DNA of 64,000 nt from Ophelia neglecta. Lineage: Eukaryota. The DNA lies in contig OZ260663.1 in the NCBI GenBank assembly GCA_965285935.1, positions 92,876,001 through 92,940,000 of the forward strand, read 5' to 3'. The position numbers were made by a program, and so were the translations under genes. The notes below the pieces were generated by a model. It made no database searches. It had not been told where the DNA came from and worked only from the letters and a program-made list of their open reading frames with translations. Positions 54,301-64,000 of the stretch are shown here, in pieces; within the stretch, counting starts at the first letter, position 1; the number at the start of each line of letters is the position of its first letter.

Positions 54301-56012
54301 TTACCAGAACTATTTTAGATGTATATAAACATGGAGTCCTAGTACCAATAAAATGTTATTGAGCTCTATTGCGTTATAAACCTCTCTAGGTGGCTGGATC
54401 AGACCTCTTTGTTCTGACCAAAAAGCATAAGTAGAGGTTGATAAAAAGTTATTCGGTCTATAAATTGGTAATATGGTTTTTTAAACCTTCATATTGCAAA
54501 CATCGTGTCCATTCTTGGAACCTACTGCATTTTTGTAGTAGACCTCAAATATTGAAGGATTTAGTGTGGACATATCTTTCCAAGTTGTGAGGTTATGTTT
54601 TCAACATTTAATACCGTTTTCTAGTTTCGATGAAATGATAGAGCTCCAACAGAATATGTTGGATGGTGATCTGTCATTGGTAGGCGTCACAAAACAGTGG
54701 GTACTCTTTCTTTAGAAAGATAAAAGTGTCTAAAAAGCGCAAACGAGATATGATTAGTCGTCTAACCAGTTTAAATGATAGAACTCATATTTGTCGTAGG
54801 TCCAGGTATAGTCTAAATTTGACCAACCTATGCAAAAATGACGCATCAGGGGACGCCTGGCCAAACATTATAAATGACGTAGTTTGAAAAAGAAAAAGGA
54901 GACTGGAAATCGAAATTCGAATTAAGGACGGAACAGGATAAATATGTGTTTTTAACAAGCATGCATGTACCTAATAAATAAATAATCATGGGATAACACA
55001 TGATCTTGGAACCAATATGTTCAATATGGCCTACGTAAAATACAGAAAACACGTGTCAAATTTAAAACAATTAAATGGGATATTAGGAAAGGGGCATTGG
55101 GAAAGTTGGTCAAACATTTCATCCATTAATGCTACTATATACTTATCTGTGATTTTTAAGAATATATCCCTAAGCATTGGTGAATTATTCAATGGTTATT
55201 GAATTATCACTTCAATGGCTTACAGACGTAAAAATGGGGAATAACTTAATACCATAACGGACTAGGATATAAGATTTTCTTCTTCGACGGTATCATATTA
55301 CTAACGCACTTTAATGATTTCACCAAAGTAATCGGGAAGTAAAATAAAAGCTTACATAATGAATAATAATCTACTTTCAGTTGATAAAACTTGAAAACTG
55401 GACCATGATATTATTAGTATGATATCAAGTTATGTTTTTATTATTCATTAAACGCGCACCAATAAACATCCTTGAAAATAACATGAACATAAGTCACTGG
55501 ATGCTAGTACGGATTAAGTAGAAGAACATTGTTGAAGGGGGGGGGGGGGTGTTGCGATATTAGTCTATTTTAAAAAGTGACACATCAGAAGCTCTATGAA
55601 TTACATTTCTGCTGGAAATTATTTACAAAAATGCCAGTGTCACATGCAAATATACATACATTTGAATACACGTGTTTGCCTACATAATTACCGAAGGGGA
55701 ATGGACACGGCCATATTTCTTTAGCATTAACAATGTGGGCGCAATTGGGTTAGTATTTGCATACGATAAACTGCACAGTAAAGACGTTACATGAAATAGG
55801 AATAACTAGCAGTGCGGCCCATAATGGCATGATTGTTTTAATCGAAGTATATGCTGCATATTCAAAATATGGACGAGCTGGTAGATACTTGTACAAAAAA
55901 GCGTTCGTGCTCAGTAGGTAAAGACTAGGTGTTACTTACTGGAGCTGCCTGCTGCTATCCATATCGCCATGATTGCACAGCTCAAAAAGAGATCTTGCAG
56001 TAGCGTATCCAT
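47123..56012 (-). CDS. G6: divergent SUEL-lectin/CUB-like/sushi-like single-pass membrane receptor, ~535 aa
   Basis: Exons 56012-55940 (MDTLLQDLFLSCAIMAIWIAAGSS), 50994-50707, 49931-49653, 49101-48958, 48667-48506, 48283-48227, 47996-47915, 47645-47123. GT-AG; total 1608 nt, in frame. Retains the canonical SUEL YGR motif. Confidence 0.9.
48295..48322. repeat. (AT)n microsatellite next to the G6 stalk-exon acceptor
   Basis: About 14 AT units read directly from the sequence. Confidence 0.9.
53315..53382. promoter_or_regulatory. Divergent CpG-rich intron-1 element (G6)
   Basis: ATACAGCGCAC..GCCGCGCTACGG..CAACGCCGCGCC at the same distance (~2.55 kb) from exon 1. Confidence 0.45.
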
Positions 56013-56145
56013 TTAAACGAATATAATATAACAATTCTCACATACCAACTATCCAGGAATTTATTTTATAATAATATCCTCGTATTATTTTGTTGAAATT
56101 CCTAGTGCATAATGCTTGTGTTCCGCCTAGAAATCCCGCACACAG

Positions 56146-56226
56146 CGGTAGTGTCAGTATCAGAACTCGGTGTACACAGGCCAATGGGTGGTAAATACAG
56201 CGCCGGCGCAGCGCGCATCACTCGCG
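56146..56226 (-). promoter_or_regulatory. Conserved upstream box (G6, short variant; lies between divergently oriented G6 and G7)
   Basis: CAATGGGTGGTAAATACAGCGCCGGCGCAGCGCGCATCACTCGC is identical to G1 although the G6 protein is divergent; lacks the CGCGGCGC sub-block. Confidence 0.8.
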
Positions 56227-58247
56227 AAATGCACATGGACATAATCAGTGTTAATGTGGATGTAAATTCGTGGACTCACAATAGCAATAGTCACTAAGCT
56301 TTGGATGAGTCGAGGATAGTATTGGGAATGAAAACCCCTGTTCACTCTGTTATAAATGTAACTGAGAGGAGCTTCTCTCAGTGGGCAATTAAACATTTCT
56401 AAAATAGCACCGAGTACATGTATATAATTATTTTAAATTAAATGAGGTCACATTGCTTTTGTTCGTTTTTTCCTTATGTATATTGGAATCATCCTTAGTA
56501 GTTGAGCTCCCAATACGTTAGATCAGAATTATAAGCTATTTGATAGAATGTTATTGTCATTGTGTCTAAAGATTTTATTGTTTATAATCAGAAATGGGCA
56601 CCTATTTACTCTAGTTGTATCAGAGATGTAACGTGTTGGGCTCCTATTGGTAACAAAGTGGTAATCAACCGTATTGAGTTAGTATGTATATGCTAAACTA
56701 TATATGAATTTACGTTTTTGCCTAAATTTGTGCGACAATAGCACATATGTACACAACGGAAAAGATTCGGTTTTCTGCCAAAACAGTTGTCATCATTTAA
56801 CAGTAGTTGTCTTCTTGGCATGAAACAATGCATTTTGTAGAATCTGAAGATAATCTTAAATATGCATGGTCAGGGGCAATACTTTATTTATATAAAACAA
56901 ACACAATTGAACAGGAATAGTCCATAAATTCGGTCAAAAATCATCATGAACGATCAGCTGCAGGTCTACAACCACCAATCCTCACTATGTTCCAGTTAAA
57001 ATGGTCACAAGTATCTTTTTCTGTTTTCAATTGCTAAAAGTGATATGTTATATTGATGATTACTAATGATTTACAAAGTTAGGACTCAACTTGTTCTACC
57101 TAAATACACAAATTAACTAGGAGGTATGCATTGTACAGAGGGTGAGTGATGTTGTTTTGGATTATCATCTTATCTATTTTATTTTATTTACATTTTTTTT
57201 TTGTAGATAATTACCTTTTTACATGAAAATAGGGGACATTTTAAGTACCCAATCTGGTTGCTATGAATATATTTAATACTGTAAAATCTGATAGTTTAAT
57301 TTGAATTGTTCATAAATATCAGGCGGCACTCATGGACTACGAGTAATGGTCAGACAGTTTTGTAATCAGCCTTTTCTTTTCATACGCGTATATTTTTAAT
57401 CTATACTCAACTAGAGCTGCACTATAAATATTCAACTTATGTGTTACATTCAAGTCAACATTCGAAAACAACTGAAAATAAAACACGTTTCGGATGTGTT
57501 ACCAAGGGCATTCATTGTCAAGTATCATTCACAAACATTATAAAAAAGAAAGATTTGAAGAGTCAAATTACACACAGAACACGTCCCAAATCTGTACGCA
57601 TGTAGCTTGGTGCATATGGGCCGATTTTCTTTGCAATCCCCCATCTGTGAGGAAGAGAGATGTTTTCGTCCTAAGAAGTGCCTCAGCTTATAAATGTAAT
57701 AACAGGCCAATCAATTGAGATTTTCACATTTCATTGACGAGTTAAGAATCAAAAGTGATTCTAAACACCATATGGTCTAAATGCTACCCTGATATCCTTC
57801 TACGCCCAGATGCGTGGGAGGTATTATCATTGCCTAGAAATATCTGCAAAATCCTAATTGATTCCTGCGATATATTCTCCAACCCCGCAGAGGACAATGT
57901 TCCATTTATTAAGGCGCATGTAACAAAATGTAACAACATGGAATACCTCTGTTACTGTGTTCCGAACACATGATTGTCATAAGTAACTAGTTGGTTGTTG
58001 GAGATGAGCCATAACAGCTTTGTCAAACCGTTTTGTTCTGGTAAAGCCAGTGACGATGGTTTGGACTATGCCTGTAACAGAGGACGTATTGATACAATCA
58101 TACTTATTAGTCGTACCTAATAACCTGCGTTGCTAAAAAAATGGTTAGTTATTTGAACAATTAAAATAGAATAGTGTCCACTGAACCTCTGGAGCTTACA
58201 GTGGATAAGGGGATATCGATACCTTGCATTAAAACATATTCTGGACA

Positions 58248-61200
58248 ATGATATTACTGTCTGCAAGCTTTAACATCAAATTATTAGAAACATTTTCGCC
58301 TTTAACTGGTGAGTGGTAAACTATAAAACAATATGAATTTAGCCTGTATTAGTGTCCTCCACCTCAAATTTCTGAATTGAATGTGCTATTGCTTTCTCCG
58401 TTATGCCTACTACATACACTATGTCGTCTTTCTTGTTAGGGGAGCAGGATGTTTGTAATTGGACCACATTTAACGCCACCTGTGCACATAACGAAGTTAT
58501 TCAGATGGTGCATGCGCACTACGGAAGGATGTCGGTAGGACGCTGTTTACCACAGGGTTTAGGGTACATAGGCTGTAAACAAGATGTGTTGACCTATTTG
58601 GACGCTGTTTGCTCGGGGAGACAGACATGTCAGCTAGAGTTGCCCAACAAAAACCTAGCCGCCACACAGCAGGCCTGCCCACCAGGACTCGAGTATTACC
58701 TACAATTAGAATTCAATTGCATTTCTGGTGAGTTAAATGCATAATGCAATTAAGCAAATTATTTCTTTCAGATTTTCGCTATTTTATTTGTCAAAGACGG
58801 ACATACTTAACGCTTCACATAGAAAAAGCAGCATTTAGTAAGTGATCACCTCCTATTCATGGGTTTTGAAGTGTTGGTATACTATTTTGATCATATTGTT
58901 TTATAATATGATGTAACAGTCAGATCACGTACATTGTTGAATTGGCATATATCAAAAATCAAAAGCCTTGCGACGTTGTTAGTCCCCGATAAGTCCACCG
59001 ATACCAAGACCTTCCAATGTACTTTGCTTAAAACCATCCGACATTTATTAAAGTAGCTTCGACCACTCTACTCTGTTATGATGCATATTTTTCTTTGCAC
59101 CAAGCTTTAAGCTGCAGAAAGAGTCTCCTTTTCTATTGCTACCAGTTGGTGGACTTGATTATTGTGAGTTTGGACAATTATATAAGTGCATTAATCATTA
59201 CGTTAATTTCATTCAGTTCACGCCTCATCAACACCGTGTGGCCAAGACTCTCTGCCGGTCCTTGGAACACAAGGTTTGCTGGCCAACTACATCACGGGAA
59301 GTACTGGCCAGGGATCCCCGCGGTGTCCTTGGGAGGTTCACGGCTCCCCTGGACAGAAAATCCGCCTCACATTACACGACTTTGGAATTTGGAGGCCTTC
59401 CAATTATGCAGGGGGCGAAACTGGAAGTTTGAAACCCGGGACCAGGCTACCAACTGGGTCGGACGTATGTCATATATACGCCTGGGTAACGGAAGTCACG
59501 TCGAGCTATAGGAAACATCGTATGTTTATTATTTTCGTTGTAACGCAGACGTTTTGAGTTCCAATACACCTACTTAAATTTACATATGTTAACCAGCAGG
59601 TACAAATGAGAGTGAACATTGAAAATATTACCTGTCTCAATTCGATTTAGGTGATATCGGTAAATGTAATTTTCCATTTACTATTATCAATATTAAGCGG
59701 ACAAAATACACTGTAAGAGTTCTAAGTGTAGCCAATTTATTACATCTCTGCATTTAGAAGCGTCTATGAAGCGTTCTATTACCTTGTGTGGGGGAGAAAA
59801 GAGAGAGAAAGTAGTATACTTATCGGAGATGGAGGGCGTTCAAATTGCTATTTCGAACCCCGAACACTCCCGAAACTCGGCGTATTTTCTAATTGGTTAC
59901 GAAGGTAGGTAAATCGTTTTCATTTGATAATTTTTAAGCGTATGCACAAAATGCCTTCTTAAGTATTGAATATATAGAAAGAGAATATTTTCGCAAGAAT
60001 GTCTTCTAACCATTCTTATAACTTATTTTGCTATTCAAGTTATTCATACATCGAATGCATAATGATTTAAGTAATGAGTGGTGTTTTTATTACAAGTCAT
60101 AGGGTGCCCGACTTACATGCCTCCTGAAGGAGCTGTGATCACGCAACAAGAAGGGGAAATTATTGTCAAGTGTACCGACACCGGAAGGGAGTGGCGTGTG
60201 TCATGTGATGGAATACGCTGGACCTCAGTAGGAGAGAAAACGACCTGCATCGACCCAGGCATAGGTTTGTATAATAAAAAGATGTGATTATGCGATGACC
60301 CAAACATAACTTGTATAAAAATCGATACAACTAAGTTTGCAATTGAATGTTTATGACTTCTTTCGATTAGCTTTATGACTCGACTTTTATTTAACATATT
60401 CGCAATAATACATATCTATCTGTTTTAGGTGTGGAGTCTTTGTCCATCGGAAATGTGTTTAAGAGTGCTCTGACATTACCGCAATGTGAGTCTTTGTTTG
60501 TACATGTTCGTTCATTAATGTAATATTACATGTCGGGTGTTGGATTGATTACGTCATATAAGTACCTCTTGCCGTACATTCAACAATATACTTTTTAATT
60601 TAACCTTGCTCTTTGTTCATTATTTTTGGGATATTATTCATTAATTGTGCGACTTTCTTCAGGGATTCTGGTTGTGATAATAATAGCGGCTGCCGTTATC
60701 ATAGCTTTCCCTATAATTCTGATTGGTATTCTAAGTTTGAGACGGTCAGTGCATATTTTATCAAGCATTTAACTATCACATATACATAAGTTAATTTTAA
60801 AATGTCAAGTATAGCAATGCACACTGAAAATTACTCATATTTGCAAATGAGTGTTTGTCTCTCATTGCTTAATCAACAATGACTCGTCCGAGAAAATGAT
60901 ACCACAAAATAAATGTTATCAATCTTGCATGCATGTTATAATAGAACCGTGTTCATGACAGGAAACATGACGCGGTGATTGTGAGTGAACTAAATACCCA
61001 GGTGGACGCTGAGAAGCTCATGTTTCATCCCGCATCTGCTGTTGGAGAGCTCGATCCGATGCTTGCCAAAACCAAGAGATCACAGAATACTATCAGAGAC
61101 AGGGAGTACGCCTCCAATGAACAAAGAAACATGGCTGTGAATCCTGGCGCCATGGCATCTAGTGCAGAATTTCCACATCTGCCATCACCGCCCATTGCTC

Positions 61201-61514
61201 AAAAGGCTGGTCATTGTACCATTCACAGAAACCATAGTCACAAAAGAAATAAGAATGAACAATATCCGCAAGATGAAAATCATTCTATTTTGAAACAGTC
61301 ATGCATCGAACATAAGTATGAATCGCCACCGGTGCTTCAGGGCACTCGCAGTGCGAGAAACCCATTCTACCACGAGTTGGACCCAGAGCATAATGATATT
61401 CTTACTGGGACAATGCAGGAACCCCAGAAGTCTGCTGCCGTGACGCTTTGCTTGGATACAAACATGTCTTCAACGTCTTCTGTCTTTTTACCATTCTCGA
61501 GTCAAAGAGTCTGA
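58248..61514 (+). CDS. G7: inverted paralog of the same receptor family, ~552 aa (first exon and the exon-3 donor uncertain)
   Basis: Exons 58440-58727 (SUEL), 59217-59519? (CUB part 1; homologous donor at 59496 absent, in-phase GTATGT at 59520), 59758-59904, 60097-60264, 60429-60485, 60663-60744 (TM), 60962-61514 (tail). Candidate non-homologous phase-1 leader exon 58248-58308, MILLSASFNIKLLETFSPLT G|GTGAGT. Confidence 0.75.
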
Positions 61515-64000
61515 CAAATTGCAATCGTCAGAACCTCGTCAGATTTTAATGCTGTCGAATTGTTGTGGACAAACACGCTATTTTCGAACCATATGCGTTT
61601 CCAATGCAGATTTTTGATTTGATACTTGGTATACACTCTGGTTTACTCTTGATAATCTGCCACATACTTAACCTTTTCATTGTTTACCCAACGCTCATTT
61701 CAATATAACGTCCCAGCCGCCTAGCTAGAATGACCACGAGGATATATAGATGTATACATATAAAGTTTAAATTGTCTGTATATATATTCAAAGATATTTT
61801 TTGTAATTAATTATCTCATCGATTGTCGGACTGGGAATCAGTATTGGACTGTTCGGAGACCACAACTTGCGGAAGTGACCACTTATTTAGACCCCGTAAG
61901 TTCAATCTCAACATTTTATTCTCGAACTTTATTCATTCAAAGAATGGGAAGTGCTCCGACGTTGGATTTACTACTCATTGCATTGCGATGTATGCGAGGA
62001 GTTCTGATACTGACTATACCAGTTTGCTGAGGAACACCTAGTTGGAAAAATACACAATGTTATAACGGATACTCTGACGATAAGGTCAATATGGATAACA
62101 ACAGTAATTTCGAGTAAGTACTGTCTATCCATTATCAAATAAGTCTGTGCGACATTTTGTACATAAATCCACCGAATCTTCCTTTGTTCAAGCTTACTGA
62201 GAATTAGATACAATGTTAGAATTATGTTTTGCTTACACCTGGTCGCTAGTATACACCTAATCTTACGAAATGGAATATTGTTATTGAGGACAAGTTCTGT
62301 ATGGTGGAGTAAGGTAATTTTCTTCATACGTAAAGCTCTTAACAAAGCGTCATATGTCGTCTATTATTTTTTTTACGAATTAAATTAAATGTCCAAATTA
62401 TATGATTTAGTTATAGATTTAGGCAAAATGTAACAATGGCCATTTATAAAAGCCACAAGCGAACCCACTTATGAGGTATCAAATTGCTGTATTTTTGTAC
62501 TATCATTAAATGAACTTAAGTATGGATATTGCCTTCCGTGCCCCTTCGTTATCATTCCTATTAACACACATTTATGACCCACCACGGGCACTCTGAAGCT
62601 AAGACATTCTATCTTGAAAGCAATTGCTTAACAAAGTATTATTATTGCCACCAAACCTAGGCATTAGGACAAACTATCAAAATAATTGATGAAATACAAT
62701 ACATGCAGTTGGATATTATTTATTTTATTTGGGTCTTTATTTGTAGAAGATTATCATTTCACAAAGCCCATTTGGCAATTTCAATGGGTCATCAGGATGT
62801 TTTGAAAGTAAGGGACTGTAAGAATCACGAGATTTGCAAAGATTACTTTATTTTTACACCATAAGCAAATGGCATATTTGATTACTTGAATTCACTCTTC
62901 CATATCCATAAATATAATAACTGAAGGAATTTGAGTCATAGTTAAAAAGAAAAGTTAGGATGTATTCCGGGTTACATGCAACCCTGTTGCTTTATATTAT
63001 AACATTCACTTACAGTTTTACCATCGCTATTTTCATTCTCATTCACATTTAGTTTTTAATTGACACTTGTGGCTTTAGAGCGCACGGTTCTGGTTAATTT
63101 TTAGCCATGCCATGGCTAACTCCCGATTGACGATTGTGGACTGTCTGCTCAGTTTGCACTCCGTATATTTTATGCCAAGGTCCAACCTATTATTCGCAAC
63201 ACAAGCCTGTCCGCACACTTAGCGTATCCAGTAAGATATATTATATGGGACCATTCAGGTTAATGCACGGACAGACAGAACGCCGCCTAGATGGTAAGAA
63301 CGCAGAGAAAACGAAGTTCTTGAAGGATTTAATGCAAATCCATAACAAAGCGCATTGACTTATTTTGTCTGTGTGTAAAGTACATATACCTTGCCTCCAT
63401 ATGCAGCGCAATATATATTCAGCATTAAACGTGTATCATGTTTAAATCAACCCACGCGGGTGAGTCTACCTTCCATCTGAGTTAACATACGTCGTGCTGT
63501 AAGTGATTCCTATTCAAAGTCATAATTGGAAAATAGACTCATATTATCATACATTATGGAGGACATTTTATTGTTGCAAAACATTATTTTATACTTTTAC
63601 TATAAACATTCGAAGGATGCGCTATAATTCCTTTTTGTGATTCCACTTCTTTATAGCACCCAGGAATGGAACACGTTATAAAGAATAGACGATAGTTCAA
63701 TTTGGGTCAATTTTAAATATGAACGGCCCAAATGTGAATCATATATACATATATTAACATATCTGGAGTCTACGCGCCGCACGTAGAGCTGCAGTCTGGC
63801 GCTTCCTGACATCAGGCGGATTGCCATAGCGCAGCGCGCCACTAGGTTTCCAGAAATATTACAGTAGAAGTTTATCGTAGGAATTTGCGCTTTCGACCTT
63901 GTAACTGTAAATTACTCGATGTAGATGCCAACTATGCATAACATAAATGCCATGAAATCGATATAACACATTTAAGCGGAGCTTATTAAGTAAGCCTCAC

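Noticed and set aside
57121-57141. 21-nt phase 1-1 microexon or alternative start (AG|GAGGTATGCATTGTACAGAGG|GTGAGT) upstream of G7
   Set aside because: Good donor but poor polypyrimidine tract, no paralogous counterpart and no signal peptide; unsupported without RNA data.
61500-61514. C-terminal PDZ-binding motif in G7 (SQRV), and LC8 TQT motifs in G2/G3 (ETQ, KTQ)
   Set aside because: Position -2 is Gln rather than Ser/Thr or a hydrophobic residue; the TQ ends lack the final Thr and are not conserved.
2183-61514. Assigning a gene symbol such as latrophilin/ADGRL, EVA1 or neuropilin
   Set aside because: Only single domains are shared; there is no GAIN/7TM region, second SUEL domain or FA58C/MAM domain.
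752-63842. Most short ORFs in the six-frame track as independent genes (e.g. 752-1147, 33863-34324, 61971-62345, and plus-strand ORFs overlapping exons)
   Set aside because: They are antisense or alternate-frame shadows of the real exons, or chance ORFs in AT-rich introns, with no recognisable domain or conservation among units.

Overview
AT-rich, intron-containing animal genomic DNA; an invertebrate, possibly lophotrochozoan/annelid, origin is a guess only. The window is almost entirely one tandem array of paralogous 8-exon genes. Each encodes a ~520-550 aa single-pass type I membrane protein: signal peptide, SUEL/rhamnose-binding-lectin-like domain, CUB-like domain (2 exons), sushi/CCP-like domain, stalk, TM helix, and a ~160-185 aa tail with Tyr and Pro motifs (REY, F[PS]xLP, HKYESP). 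I reconstructed six complete minus-strand copies by hand (G1-G6, unit 8.2-10.2 kb), exon 1 of a seventh (G0) whose body lies left of the window, and one inverted plus-strand copy (G7) head-to-head with G6. A decayed TM + tail cassette lies between G5 and G4. The most striking non-coding signal is a repeated cis-architecture in the minus-strand units: (i) a CpG-rich ~95-bp box upstream of exon 1 (G0-G6); (ii) a YY1-like/AP-1-like block just inside intron 1 (intact in G1-G5); (iii) a G-tract ~400 nt into intron 1 (G1-G6); (iv) a second CpG-rich, 5-bp-periodic element in the opposite orientation 2.3-2.7 kb into intron 1 (G1-G6). This suggests a diversified, coordinately or stochastically regulated receptor cluster, conceptually like clustered protocadherins; that function is inference. 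No RNA genes, CRISPR arrays or identifiable intact transposons were seen.
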